NCBI RefSeq assembly: GCF_006345805.1
Contig: NC_043005.1
Span: 15,128,001 to 15,192,000, forward strand
Length of the DNA stretch: 64,000 bases
DNA from: Octopus sinensis
Lineage: Eukaryota
Reading direction: 5' to 3'
The notes below the pieces were generated by a model. That model was not told the origin of the DNA, did no database searches, and was given only the letters and a program-made list of their open reading frames with translations. The position numbers and the translations under genes are program-made. Position 1 is the stretch's first letter, and the number at the start of each line of letters is the position of its first letter. Shown piece after piece: positions 12,781-27,021 of the stretch.

Positions 12781-13421
12781 TTAACCAGAGCTGACTTGGG
12801 GATTGCACCAATTAAAAAGAAAAAAGAAAGCCAAATACCAAGAATAATCGAATTGTTGGATAATCTTCAATCCTAGTCATACACAATACTTTATACAAAA
12901 TATGCATCAAATATTATTCCTTTCTCAGACATAAATCTTTCATTCCCTTTCCCTAACCATTTTTCTTTATATTGTCTAGGCTGTGAATCTATGTATGTAC
13001 GTTTTTCCCCTTACTAACTGGAGGAATTTCTCCTACCATTTCAACTCCTGCAGAAAAACCAATGGAAAATCAAATAAGTACATGTACAGCTGAAACTATA
13101 ATTTTCCTTGCTTCTCAAATTACAACAAAGTATTTTGGTGACTTTTGTCTGTATAACAGGTTAAAATCTCATCATTACCATTTCTCAAGCGAGATGACAT
13201 ACCACGCATACCCCTAAGCTGTTTCCTAAATTCTTTTCCTCTATTCCACCTGTCTTACTACTACACAGACACGATTATTAAAGTGCAGACTTGTTTGTCC
13301 ACTTTAAACCAAACAAGGTGGCTAGTCTTGATGTCTCTTTCTTCAACCAAAAACATTATAATCTCTGAACAGGTACGAGCAACTTACACCCTTTAGAAAA
13401 TTTTGTTTGTATAATGTCGTG

Positions 13422-13780
13422 GGCTGTGTGGAAAGTAGCTTGTTTACTAACCACATAGTTCTGGGTTCAGTCCCACTGCGTGGCACCTCGGGCCAACCAA
13501 AGCCTTGTGAGTGGATTTGGTAGAAGGAAACTGATAGAAGCCCGTCGTATATATGTATATATATGCGTGTGTGTGTTTGTGTGTCTGTGTTTGTCCCCCT
13601 AGCATTGCTTGGCAATGGATGCTGGTGTGTTTATGTCCCCGTTACTTAGCAGTTCGGCAAAAGAGACCGATAGAATAAGTACTGGGCTTACAAAAAGAAT
13701 AAGTCCCGGGGTCGAGTTGCTCGATTAAAGGCGGTGCTCCAGCATGGCCTCAGTCAAATGACTGAAACAAGTAAAGAGAG
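13422..13780 (+). mobile_element. SINE family A
   Basis: Family A consensus with a slightly truncated head. Confidence 0.88.
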
Positions 13781-14581
13781 TATATAATATATATAATGAA
13801 TCAGAAGAGGTGACCCAAAGTGGAAGTACAGAACATCTACAATAAGTTTTAACTGGAATTTTGTAACATAATCTTCAAGTGCATTTCTGTTAATCTGAAC
13901 AAAATTTTGTTTCTCTCTCATGTAACACATGGTGTACAATGTACTACATATTATGTTTGTTCAATAATTAAGAGCAATATCAGACCAGGTGTACTGCAAG
14001 AAAAAAAGTTGCCTATGTCTGTTCTGGAACTAGCTCCTACCTCACCAAACTTTAAAATTCTTTTCTCTCTACAGAGCTCTACTCCAAGCTATGAATATTT
14101 ACAATAGTGTGTCATGTTCTCAAGAAGGGCAACCTTTATCAACTTCTGTCAACCACCTCCTTAACATTTTAAGTCAATATCTCCTTAAGTCATCACCACT
14201 ATCATTTCCTACATTTCAAAACTGTAGCTTCTTATCTTTGTAAACTTTATCAAAAGCAATGCCTGTTGCCTTTAATATCAAAACATTCAATTGTATCTGG
14301 CTTTAAAACTCTTAGTTAAGTTCCATGTTTATGGATTTGATGCATTTGTCATCTCTTGAATTAACAAGTCAAACAGTTTACTCCATTGCACCATGCACTT
14401 ATGGAGCCCTCTCTGACTCCCTTCTTTTCCTTTAACTCTGGCATACTTCAAGGTTCAGCTAGATGTGCTACCATAATTTATTTCTGCTATTTCTGTTAAC
14501 ATCTACACCTATACAGATGACTTTTCACTCCTCTCTAATGCTCTGTCTGCTTAATAAAATGACATTCCACAGGATAGACTT

Positions 14582-14964
14582 CCTCTTTTACTTGTTTCAG
14601 TCATTTGACTGTGGCCATGCTGGAGCACCGCCTTTAGTCGAGCAAATCAACCTCAGGACTTATTCTTTGGAAGCCTAGTACTTACTCTATCGGTCTCTTT
14701 TGCCGAACTGTTAAGTTACGGGGACGTAAACATACCGCCATCGGTTGTGAAGTAATGTTGGGGTGACAAACATAGACACACATACATATATACATATATT
14801 CGACAGGCTTCTTTCAGTTTCTGTCTACCAAATCCACTCACAAGGCTTTGGTTAGCCCGAGGCTATAGCAAAAGACACTTGCCCAAGGTGCCATGCAGTG
14901 GGACTGAACCCAGAACCATGTGGTTGGTAAGCAAGCTACTTACCACATAGCCATGCCTGTGCCT
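14582..14964 (-). mobile_element. SINE family A
   Basis: Family A consensus, reverse orientation. Confidence 0.88.
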
Positions 14965-15396
14965 ATTGAAGATTTGGAAATACTTCTGCCTTGATCAGTT
15001 GCTGATCCTCCACAATGCCTTGTTACTTCCAATATATCTCATACTTTTGTATAAGATGCTCCTGGAGGAATAAACAGAGTGCTAGCATAAAAGAAAATGG
15101 AAAATGGGGAAGGTATGTCAGCAACAACAGCGGTAGCAGTTAGTGAGATGGTATTGCTTTTTCATAAAACTTCTCTCTCAATGAAAAAAGACAAGACCAC
15201 AATCCAAATAACTTAAATAGTAAGCCTAGCTCTCACTGCAAGCTCAAGTGATCTGCTAGATTTTGTAGTGAAATCATTCTTGAATCACTCGGGCAACAAT
15301 TAAAGGATTCATTGGAGATTGGAGCCCCAGCATTTCTTCTAAAATGATGGGATGCTCATGGCTAGAATACCTTCGCATGTATGTTGTTATATTTTA

Positions 15397-15794
15397 TACT
15401 AGCAGTATCGCCCGGCGTTGCTCGGGTTTGTAAGGGAAATAACTATATAAGCCTTTTTAGAGAGTTATAGCCAAAAAATAGCAAAAAAATGCATTAAAAA
15501 TGGAAAAAAAATGATGGTAAATTTTTTTTTAAATCGTTGACTCATCGTAGACATTTTTAGAGAGTTACTTCCCTTATATAATAGCGAAAAAATGCATTAA
15601 AATGGAAAAAAATGATGGTAAATTATTTTTAAAATCGTAGACTCATCGTAGACACACGCTAATACCCAGAAGGGCTCGATATGAATCACGACTATAAGAT
15701 ACCCAGTTTTGGTTAAACTGCACCGCAAAATGTGGGAGTAGTTAGGATTCTAAATCGTAGGAGATAGAGACACACAACTTTTATATATAAAGAT
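15397..15794 (+). mobile_element. Non-autonomous Helitron/Helentron-like (DINE-1/Lep1-type) element
   Basis: Start actagc..gcccggcgttgctcggg hairpin, internal approximately 100-bp tandem duplication, end ttttatatataaagat. This architecture is typical of such elements. Confidence 0.6.
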
Positions 15795-15887
15795 AACCTC
15801 ATTGGGCCAGCAACATCAGATCAATACTCATAACAGAGTACTGATCAAATATCTGGAATGGTGCTTGTGTGTGTGTGTGTGTGTGTA

Positions 15888-16150
15888 CAGGGTGCAATGG
15901 GTAAATTGTTGCCATTTTATATTTTTAATTTTGTGCATGTGTATTGTTTGTTTTTGATTTTGTTAACTACACAGTATAGTAGGGTCAGTTGGGCATCATC
16001 TGTGAGAAAAGCAGTACCATGACACAATTCATTCTATCAGAAATTTGGAAATGACATGCTGTACTGCTTGGCAATCCCACTGGAAGCACTAATGTGAACG
16101 TTTCAGAGTGGTTGGGCATCAATCTGAGGACTTGCTGTGTCCTCAAAACA
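15888..16150 (+). mobile_element. Tc1/mariner-superfamily 5' fragment
   Basis: TA|CAGGGTG terminus. Decayed ORF from 16019 (MTQFILSEIWK*HAVLLG..SEWLGINLRT), truncated by a SINE A fragment at about 16182-16462. Confidence 0.55.
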
Positions 16151-16751
16151 TGTACTGAGAGTGATAAACATCAAACATCCAGTCATATTCTATTTGTCTC
16201 TTTTGCCAAACTGCTAAGTTACGGGGATGTAAACACACCAACACCAGTTGGTGGGGAGCAAACACAAACACAGACACAAATAACGAAAACATACATACAT
16301 ACATACATACATACATACACACACACACAAGTGTCTTCTACTACAGCCCAAGGCTAAAGTAGAAGACACTATAGTAGAAGACAAGGTGCCATGCAGTGGG
16401 ACTGAACCTGGAACCATGTGGCTGGGAGGGAAGCCTCTTATCACACAGCCACTCCTGCATCCTATATGCTAACAGAACATTATCAAAGCAAACCAAAATA
16501 GGCTAAATCCGTAGTGAAACAAGAAACAAGAATGTTAAGAAAAAGTATAATATTCTAAGAAAAGCTAGTTTTATATTTAACTTTTGATGACGTCAATAAA
16601 TAACGAAAGAATCAAAAAATAAAAACATGAATCCTATTTCGTGACAATTAGAGACAGAAATTCTGTGTTATGACAATTCGTTATCAAATATTTTTTTAGA
16701 AAATTTACACTACTGGTTCTAATTGTGTTTAGTAATTTTGAGTCGAAATAT

Positions 16752-16978
16752 AGAAAGCTGGCAGAAACGTTAGCGTGCCGCTTGAAATGCTTAGCGGTAT
16801 TTCGTCTGTCGGTACGTTCTGAGTTCAAATTCTGCTGAGGTCGACTTTGCCTTTCATCCTTTCGGGGTCGATAAATAAAGTACCAGTTTCACACTGGGGT
16901 CGATGTAATCAACTTAATCCCTTTGTCTGTCCTTGTTTGTCTCCTCTATGTTTAGCCCCTTGTGGGTAGTAAAGAAAT
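16752..16978 (+). mobile_element. SINE family B
   Basis: Family B consensus ending gtgggtagtaaagaaata. Confidence 0.88.
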
Positions 16979-16994
16979 ATATATATATGTACAC

Positions 16995-17290
16995 TACCAC
17001 CATCATCATTGTTTAATGTCCATCTTCCATGTATGCATGGGTAGGATGGTTGACAGGAGACAGCCAAGTAGAAGACTACCTCAGGCTACTGTGTCTGTTC
17101 TAGCAGGGTTTTTATGGCTGGATGCCCTTCCTAACACCAACAGAGTGAAGTGAATGCTTTTTACATGGCACCAGCACATGCAATATTAGTTTTGGCATGG
17201 TTTTTACAGCTGGATGCCCTTCCAAATGCCAACCACCTTACAGTGTGGACTGAATGCATTTTTATGTGGCACCAGCACTGGTAGGGTCAC
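16995..17290 (-). mobile_element. Family D repeat ((ATG)n-tailed SINE or LINE 3' end), decayed
   Basis: Reverse complement of ttaggaagggcatccagc..gaaa motifs shared with 30001-30330. Confidence 0.7.
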
Positions 17291-19333
17291 CAAGTAATTT
17301 GCAAGACAAGGAATGTTGAGAGAAGAGAGGGCATTGGAGGAGGAGATCTTGTGTCAGATGATGAAAGGTTAGAGTGTGACAAAGAGACAGAGAGGCAGAA
17401 ACCTGTCTTGCTTCAGAGAAGGGGACACTGGAAGAGGTGATAAATAATTACCCTGGATCACACCCTAAAGATCACCTAATTGATTGAAAATGATTCACCT
17501 GCCAACACGCCATAACTACTGACTACCAGAGGTCATTCCTTCTTTCTGCCCCTCCTACCACTACTTCAATGGCTTCATAAGCTACTTACTGTCTCTCCCA
17601 CAAGTTCTTCTGACATTTCTTTTTCTCTCAGCTTCCTTACTGTAATTTCATCTTCTGGATCCCAGACTAAATATTTTTTCCCTGGTCTTTCTTTTTTAGA
17701 AATGTAATCTTTTGGAATCCTCTGTAGACCATGTTTTTACCAAAGATTCAGATCTCCAGAAGTTCTTACCAAGAATCAACAACATCAATCTCAAGAAGAA
17801 GAGACTGCAATAGTTGTTCCATTGCTCCTTCTCTGACTAACTAAAGGCATTAGATACCTTCCTGCCTTTTCACTAAAACAGCAACACATACCTTATGAAA
17901 TAAAATCCTTAAAATGGTTTTGTGTTTGATTGAGAGCCCACTTACTTAGCTGTACTTCTGAATAATCACTAAATTCTTTTAAACCAGCTATTGATGACAT
18001 GGACACAGATCATGTGTTGGTAGCCAGTTGGAAAAGATGTTTTCCAGGGGCTAAAAGTAGCAACAGCGTCCTGGGTAGGACTGCCATGTTGCGTTGGTAA
18101 ATAGACTTTACTGTATGGTACTGTTACTACATATTTCTTGCTCAGAGATTTAAAACTAGCTGTTTTTCTCTTTATGATATCAGCAACTGAGTGTTGCCTT
18201 AAAAGTATATACTGTGGGCAATAATGAGTGGCTGCTATCTCTAGCTGGCAGTTTGAGGACCAGAATGGAAGGTTTAGTGACAGGGTCCTTCGTCTCTGGC
18301 CCTGGTTTGCTGTCTTACTTCAGATATTATCTGAAGAGCAAGATGGGGTTGGAGACAAAGACCCTGCCACTGAGTGAATATGAAAAGTGATGGAAGGATG
18401 TGATGAGAAAGGTGGGTGTCAGTAACCCAGCTTAATCATCGAAGAAAGGAAAAACTGGTTGCTGGACATTATAGTTTGCTGGGTTCAATTTTTGAACCTG
18501 CTATTCTGATCTCTAGTTTTATTTTTAAAAAAACCCATAAAAGTTCTCGTTTTAAAGGCAAAAGTAAGCCAATTATTCATTTTTTCTCATTATAATTAAA
18601 TTTTTTAAAGTTTCATTCGAACTCATATAACAATTTTGTAATTGTTTGTCTTGTTATGTCCTTTTCTATGTTCGATCTCATGATCATAATAAAGATTTTA
18701 TCACTAGCTGGCAGTTGTTCTGTTCTGTGGAAGGGAAATTACTCAGAAACCAATGGTCAACAGCTATCACTATGGCTAAAAAGGGAATAGTAGACTCCCA
18801 TGCTCACAGTATATGGACACAGATCATGTGTTGGTAGCCAGTTGGAGAAGACGTTTTCCTGGGGTTAAAAGGTAGTAACATCATCCTGTTTGGGATTGTC
18901 ACGTTGTGTTGGCAAATAAACTTTACTGTCTTATTAAGTTATTTGTATTAATACAAAACAATCGACACAACAAATGCAAGTATGTTTCATAAGCACATAA
19001 TAAGCCGTATTATTCATATAATGCGTGACTAACATTAGTCACCCTTTGATGATATTGACAAAGCTTTGTTTATTTTTCAGTTCTTTTGCATAACTACACC
19101 CACTTTGATAATACACATTCATAGGTGATGAAACAGCAGAGTTGTTGGAACATTGGCTAGAATACCTCACAACTATCAAAAGCTGGAAGGGAACCAAAGA
19201 AAAGGAAGTTTGAAAAGGAGTAGAATTAAGTGCATTAAAAATATATATTTAATCCGTACGTAGGCTTACCTACATTATTCATATCTTTTTTATTATTGTT
19301 CTAATCATTTGTTCTTAATTCCATCATGCCTTT

Positions 19334-19731
19334 ATAATAATAATAATGAAATTATTGTATACAGTGCTCAGGTGCCCCACAACTTGTCAAAAGTGCGTAT
19401 AAAGCATATGCAGTAGTGTACAAATGTCTGGAAAGTGAACAGTGTATGAGTCAGATACATGCTTGTGTGTGTATGGAGGGGAGAAAATCAGGTGTAGTGT
19501 TGGCGAATCTCAGGAAACATGGAAGTTTTAAAGGATGCAGTGCTCCGACAACTAACAACTGATGCCGGCAGTTTGTTCCATGCTTCAGCAACTCTCAGCA
19601 TTAAAAAATGTTTCCTAAAGTCATGGGAGCTGTGCTGTTTTCTGACTTTGTAAATATGTCCACGGGTGTTAGATGGGTGGAGTTTGAAAAGGTGCTCAGA
19701 GTTATTGTTAGTAAGATGGTTAATAATTTTA
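19334..19731 (-). mobile_element. CR1-clade LINE 3' end
   Basis: Reverse complement of the 9519-9860 family with an (ATT)n tail; flanked by an approximately 93-bp direct repeat. Confidence 0.85.
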
Positions 19732-19733
19732 TG

Positions 19734-19766
<33 letters not shown>

Positions 19767-20774
19767 ATATATTTATATATATTTAATCAGTACGTAGGCT
19801 TACATACATTATTCATATCTTTTTTATTATTGTTCTAATCATTTGTTCTGAATTCCATCATGCCCTTATCTAATAGTCTACCACAGAAGGGAATGAATGA
19901 CGAGAAGAATCATATCTTTGGCAGCAATTTGTGCAAAATAGATATGTGATGAGCAAAAACTAGAAACATATTTAAAATCAGCATTAAAAATAGTCCAGAA
20001 TCACCTGTAAGTAGACAGTCATCATTTATTTCATTTAAAAATGCAGACTTGCACTATTAATAGTGATGGTATATAGGGGAGATAACTCTGAGAACATTTT
20101 AGTATTGAGCGTCCGCTAGAGAACCTAGTTAATGCCTAGAATAAAATTAGATCTAAATTAGATCTCTTTACCTATAATGTGGTTGAGTAAGAGAATATAA
20201 ATACGGTTCTAATTATAGCAAATCTGATGGGACCCTACTCAGTTGAAATTGCAATCCTTCAGACCTTAATTTATATGCTTTCGTTGTTGTTTTGCCTCTG
20301 ATCAACATCTATGATCAAAGGTATAGACCAATCACTGATTCACTCCTTTTACGATAGTAAGGGTGACAAAATATATCTGTGACAACCCTTTTGTTACCAT
20401 ATTTCTGTTGAGGTTCTCTGTGTTTCTTTCAATTAATTCTAAATATAACAAAGAATTAACATTAATTGTGACTAAGGTTTGGTGGAAGATTTTAATTAAG
20501 AACTTTTGAAAACAAGACATTTGTACTACAGGGCCAAAGGCGGTTTCAGGCGGGTTGGTATCAAAAGGGTAAGAGACTTTGTTCAAAGAGCCCTTTTTTT
20601 CCAGTCAGTTATGTCAAGAAAGTTGCTTTGAATAGCATACTCAGCGTAAGCTATTGGACATATAAGAGATGTAGTGGAATCATAGACTAGCTAACAAAAG
20701 AAACCAGGCCTTGCATGTGGCAGATACACAGGAACAATAAGAGAGCACCAAACAGATCCTTTTAAATATCCTTC

Positions 20775-21545
20775 TGGTTCACTAGGAGAAGTCGATAGCT
20801 TTTGTTACCAAGGTGACATAATTGATAGTGGAAGTTTTTATTCTGAAAATACAGTAGCTAGAGTAACAACAGGTTGGAAAAAGCTCAGGGGCACTATTAC
20901 CTCTACTGACAACAAAGGCCTTCTTCAGAGTGAAGGGTAGATTGTTTGATGCTTGTGCTTGAACTATGATGCTGCATGGTAGTGTGATGTGAGCTTTGAA
21001 TGCAGGAGATTTGTAAAGGCTAGAAAGAAGTGAAGTAAACAGGTGTAGGAGTGGCTGTGTGGTAAGTAGCTTGCTTACCAACCACATTGTTCTGGGTTCA
21101 GTCCGACTGCGTGGTACCTTGTGCAAGTGTCTGCTACTATAGCCTCGGGCCGACCAAAGCCTAGTGAGTGGATTTGGTAGACGGAAACTGAAAGAAGCCC
21201 ATCGTATATATGTGTGTGTGTGTGTATGTTTGTGTGTCTGTGTTTGTCCCACCAACATCACTTGACAACCGATGCTGGTGTGTTTACGTCCCCATAACTT
21301 AGCGGTTCAGCAAAGGAGACCAATAGAATAAGTACTAGGCTTACAAAGAATAAGTCCTGGGGTCGATTTGCTCCAGCATAGCCACAATTAAATGACTGAA
21401 ACAAGTAAAAGAGTAAAGAGAGTATGCTTTGCTAGATGTGTAACCTCATTGCGCATGAATGCAAGAGTAGAAATGAGCTGAGAGAAAAACTAGGCATAAG
21501 GGGAATAAGATGTAGTGTGTAAGGGGAGAGGTTCTATTGGTATGG
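20775..21545 (+). mobile_element. Decayed RTE-clade LINE C-terminal fragment interrupted by SINE A (21041-21420)
   Basis: EVDSFCYQGD..ARVTTGWKKL..LLPLLTTK..RVKGRLFDAC..MLHGS before the SINE; NELREKLGIRGIRC..WYG after it. Confidence 0.8.
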
Positions 21546-21649
21546 GTATGCAGTAATTACCCTATGGAAGATGATTATTGCATAAATCATGCTCCAAATC
21601 AGTGAAACCTATGGAAAAGGGAAACTGACGAAAATTTAGGATGATCATC

Positions 21650-21960
21650 ATCATCCTTGTTCGACCGTGGTCGAGACAATGGAATTTACCATGCTATGCC
21701 AGACTTCATGGTCCATCATGGCATTACGGAGGTCCTGTTGCTGAATGCCTGTATCCCTGGAGATTACATCAGGGTAGGAGAGTGTGCGCCCTCTGGTATT
21801 GCAAGTAGATGGCTTCCAGAGGAGAAGAGTAGAAATTACCTCTTTTTCAGCTCTACAACAATGTCCAGCAAACTGGACTCTTCTACCTTTCACAAGAGAT
21901 GACACCATATTTAGGATGAAGTAGTGAAGGCTGACCTGAAAGGGTTGGATTTCATGTAGG
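21650..21960 (-). mobile_element. RTE-like LINE 3' end (second family)
   Basis: KGRRVQFAGHCCRAEKEVISTLLLW..RGRTLSYPDVISRDTG..DLRNAMMDHEVW, followed by a (GAT)n tail. Confidence 0.75.
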
Positions 21961-23380
21961 AAATGACAACAGACTGTATTGATTGGCAACATGTAGAGCT
22001 GTAGAAGATTCAACCGTTGGTGGTGAAACATGCTTAAAGTGATGGAAGTGATAGTGGGTGGGATCTCTACATGTATTTTTGTGCATGTATGCACACACAC
22101 ATGTATATATGTGTGTGTGTGTTTGTGGTTTTTATACATGTATTTGCATGTGTGTGTGTCTGTACATTTATATCCTACCAAGCCTATGATTGCCCCTACC
22201 CATTGCACCCCTGAGCCCACTATTTATCTACATATTGATCACCTGCCCTATTCCGCCCATCTCTTCATCCACTTCAATCATCTCACCTCTCCATCACTCA
22301 TACTCCTCCAACACTCTCTCTCTCTCTTATCCTTTATTAGGAATGAGTGACTGCATTGGTCCATCCTCATCGTCATTCAATCTGTGACCCCCTTCCTTTC
22401 TTTGTCCATCTTCCCACTCTAGTTATGATCCTACCATTCACGTTTCATCTCACCACTCATGATACTTGCTCACTGTCATTCATCACTTTCTCTCTCTTCT
22501 GCCTCTTTTTCTTTCACTGTTTTCTACTCACAGCTTCTTTGGCCCCTCAACACCCTCTCATCCCTTCCTCTCTGGCCCACTCCATGAATCTCACACTACT
22601 TTTTCCATCCATGACTCTCTCAGGATCCTCAGCTCCCTCATCTTTTTCTGCTCTTTCATGTTCCTTTTCCCTCATACCTTCTACTCGTGCTCACCCTTAT
22701 TTTGAGAAAGCCTAACTCTCTCAACACAACCCTTATCTAATCACCCTTACTATTGTCCCCCACCTCTTTTTCATTAACCTCTGACATAAATCTCCTCTCT
22801 TACCCCTGTCCCTTCCATGCGTCTCCTCAAAGTGTATACTTTATAACCCTCTCCACAATCAACCCCTCATAATCTGTTCCTCTTTCATACTTTATCCTCT
22901 CTTATCACCTCACCTAGAATCATCACTCTCTCCCATATGCTTTTCAATTATAGGGACTCCTTTAGACCCTTTAGTGTTGCAAATTGCAAGGTGGCCTCAC
23001 TAGTGCTGGTACACTCTGTAAAGCGCTGGATGTTAGGAATGGCATCCAATTGTAGAAACTATGCCAAAGCTGACACTGGAACACAACATGTTCCTCCAAA
23101 TTGTTTAATGCTGGAAAGAAATCATTAAATGCTGATGAGGATATATTGAGACCTCCTTCAGTCATGACTGACCGTGGGATTGCACCTAGAAAGTTACCCT
23201 CCCAAGTACAAGTCCAGGCAAGGTTGTTTATAGAAGACCAGCCATTTTAGGTGGCTTGGATGCATAAGGCAGTGTATTTCAAATTGATGTAACACTTGCA
23301 TCGTTTGATTAAATGGAGCCACCTGAAATGGCCTTAATGCACTAATACCTTGACATCCTTGTTACTTCTCCATCAGGCAT

Positions 23381-23857
23381 TTGCCATATTCTCAACGCCT
23401 TACTTCCTTGGGCATGGACACATTAAACTCCGACGTCTGGCAGCTGACTTGGCAGACACCCATAAAATTGTTAACCATCTTACAAACAATAACTCTGAGC
23501 ACCTTTTCAAACTCCACCCGTCTAACACCTGTGGGCATATTTACAAAGTCAGAAAACAGCACAGCTCCCATGACTTTAGGAAACATTTTTTCATGCTGAG
23601 AGTTGCTGAAGCATGGAACAAACTGCCTGCATCAGTTGTTAGTTGTCGGGGCACTGCATCCTTCAAAACTTCCATGCTTTCTGAGATTCGCCAACACTAC
23701 ACCTGATTTTCTCCCCTCCATACACACGCAAGCATGTATCTGATTCATACATTGTTCGCTTTCCAGACATTTGTACATTACTGCATACACTTTATACCCA
23801 CTTCCTGACAAGTTGTGGTGCACCTGAGCACTGTATACAATAATTTCATTATTATTA
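23381..23857 (+). mobile_element. CR1-clade LINE 3' end
   Basis: ORF 23350-23706 encodes the ORF2 C-terminus; same 3' UTR and tail as the other copies. Confidence 0.85.
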
Positions 23858-24238
23858 TATATATATATGCATATCTATATGTCATGATATATGGATTCAT
23901 GAAATTCGGTAGCACTCATGAAAAAGCTCCTTGGTTTGTCATTGTACAAATTATATAGAGTATAAGGTAATATACATGACGGAGAAATATTATGATGAAC
24001 TTTATTCAACAATAATCATCAAAATATCACAATGAATTTATTTCAATAGTCTCAAAACATGCGAACAGCTCATGTTAACATATTTAATAATAAATGAGTT
24101 ACTTATGTGTCTGCATTAATGTAAAGTTCATCGAAGATAATGCAGAATTTGGGCTACTTCTTCAGGTGAAAAAGGTTAATTGTTAAATACACCTACTTGA
24201 CTTTTAATACATCTTCTTGACATATATGCATATATTAT

Positions 24239-24270
<32 letters not shown>

Positions 24271-24362
24271 ATATGATGATGATGATGATGATATGTATGT
24301 ATGTATGTGTGTGTGTATATATGTGTGTGTATATATATATATATGTGTGTATATATATATAT

Positions 24363-24593
24363 ATTTCTTTACTACCCACAAGGGGCTAAACACAGAGGGG
24401 ACAAACAAGGACAGACAAAGGGATTAAGTCGACTACATCGACCCCAGTGCATAACTGGTACTTAATTTATCGACCCCAAAAGGATGAAAGGCAAAGTCGA
24501 CCTCGGCGGAATTTGAACTCGGAACGTAACGACAGACGAAATACGGCTACGAATTTCGCCCGGCGTGCTAACGTTTCTACCAGCTTGCCGCCT
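24363..24593 (-). mobile_element. SINE family B, embedded in (TA)n
   Basis: Family B consensus. Confidence 0.88.
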
Positions 24594-24753
24594 GTATATA
24601 TATATGTATTGGAAGGTTTGGAGATGATGTACAGGTATTATATATTAGAAGAAATGAGGTAATCAGAAGATCAGATGGTTTATATTTACAGATATTTATT
24701 TATATATTGCATTTTTTATATATATATCATATCACTTTGATTATATGTATATA

Positions 24754-24837
<84 letters not shown>

Positions 24838-26084
24838 CATGTATTTATATCCATTTTATACATACATGCATACACACACACAACATATATATTCATATAT
24901 ACAAAGGTATTTGCTAAAGGGAGGGTATGTGGCCATAGAAAATCTGTCTGAACAAATTTTGTCTAAACCATGCAAACATGTAAAAGTGGCGGTTAAATGA
25001 TGATGTGTGTGTGTGTGTGTGTATAATCATCATAATCTTTATAGTACCTACTTTTCTATGCTTCATAGGTCAGGTGAAATTTATTCGGACAGGTTTTCTT
25101 TTCCCGGATGCCTTTCCTGTCACCAACACTCACCTGTTTATCTTCAGGGTAATATTTTCCCTTGCCTAGATAAATTTTTTTATGAATACTGGAAAAGAAT
25201 GATGCTGCTTGTTTGGCAGAGACAGTCATTTACAACTATCATTCAATATCAAATCAAAACGACACAAGCATGCTCACACACTCTCTCTCTCTCTCTCACA
25301 CACACACACGTGCATAAGGATAAACATAACTGGAATAACACCAACAATTTTTATTTTAATTTTCTTCTTTTTATTCCACTTTGGAGCCATTAGTCAAAGT
25401 TACAAAGATACAAAGTAAACAACTGTCTGCTTACCAGGTGACTACTCCACCCAATGGTACAATTTTAAAAATAAATTGAACTTTTGTGTACAGAAAACAT
25501 GAAAAACTGGTTCTAAGTAGCAATTAAAGGATGATACAAGATTCCAGTCTTTCTCTTTAACATCGTAACAGTTTAATGCTAAGATATACGCTTATGTAAG
25601 CAGAAAGAGCTGGTGACAAATATCATTGTATTTAAGTACCTAAATTGTAAATTGTTTGTTAAGTTGTGAGTAAACCGGTAATGTTTAACACTTTATTCTA
25701 AGTGGCCAATTTCCAGAATATTGTTTCCTCATCATCATCATCATCATCATCATTATTATTATTATTATTACCGTCATCTGTAATCATTACGTCAAGATGT
25801 AATAATTCAAGTTATGATGTAATTTGTATATTATGAAAAAAAAAAAGGTCATTCCATTACATACAGGTCATGTAGTTTTTGTTTTGTTTTCTTCTTTTTT
25901 TTTTTTAATTGTGAAAAGCTGACAATCATGACAGCCTATGTTCAATTCTTCAGTCTTTTGAAGAACATAAAATTTTGCAAGCAAATAAGTGAATCACACA
26001 ACTTGTTCAACAAAGGGGGTCCAAATTTTCTTCAACAAATCTGTTTTCATTCGTTTTTGTGTCTGTTTTTCTGATGAATATATA

Positions 26085-26819
26085 CAGGGTGGCCACATAG
26101 TTTTTTTAAAAAAGTTTTTATTATTTCATTTGGATGGAAACATTTTAAAATCTAGTTTTAGAATCTTCTGAAGCAATGTTCTGGTAATGCCTAGTTGAGG
26201 CTGATAGACCCTCAAGGACACTCTAATTTCTTTATTGCCCACAAGGGGCTAAACATAGAAGGGACAAACAAGGACAGACAAAGGGATTAAGCCGATTACA
26301 TCAACTCCAGTGCATAACTGGTACTTAATTTATCAACCCTGAAAGGATGAAAAGCAAAGTCGACATTGGCAGAATTTGAACTCAGAACATAACGGCAGAC
26401 AAAATACCACTCAGGATTTCGCCTGGCATGCTAACGTTTCTGCCAGTTTGCTGCCTTGGACACTCTACCAAACAGCTTCCACCACTACATCAGTGCACAC
26501 AGTACGCTTAAGAGCTCTTCCCAGAAGATCGTCGACTGATCCAGTTCCTTCAAACTGGGCAATTAGGTTCTGGATCATGTTATCACTTGGAAATACTCTG
26601 ACAGTAAAATGGAACCAGTATTTTCTCTGAGTCTGAATACTTGATCTTTCACTGGAATAGAAAAACTCAATGAGTTCTACTTGTTGCTGGACATCATACA
26701 TAGCCATTTTAATCTCCAAGAGATGCTCTATAATATGCAAAACAATAAAATAAAAAAAAGATTGAAAACAAACAAGTTATGATGTTTTCAAACCCTTTAG
26801 TTTTTCAGTGGCCACCCTG
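26085..26819 (-). mobile_element. Internally deleted Tc1/mariner-superfamily element (DUF4817-like HTH N-terminus), with SINE B at 26226-26458
   Basis: 12-bp TIRs CAGGGTGGCCAC at 26085-26096 and 26808-26819, with TA on the left. Minus ORF MYDVQQQVELIEFFYSSERS.IQTQRKY..F..R..PS.N.IQNLIAQFEGTGSV.D. Confidence 0.75.
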
Positions 26820-27021
26820 TGTATATTACTGTGGCATTGTTTTAGTATTCCTGTTCCCAATGCTTGCTTGTTTTCAACATTCTTCAAAAGTGAAGGGCCA
26901 GAAAGCTTAAAGGATGTAAAATATTTGTACAGACATACACATGTACATGCACACTCACTCATGTGGGCGTACATATGTATCCACCTATCTATATACATCT
27001 GTGTATGTGTTTGTTTGTGTG

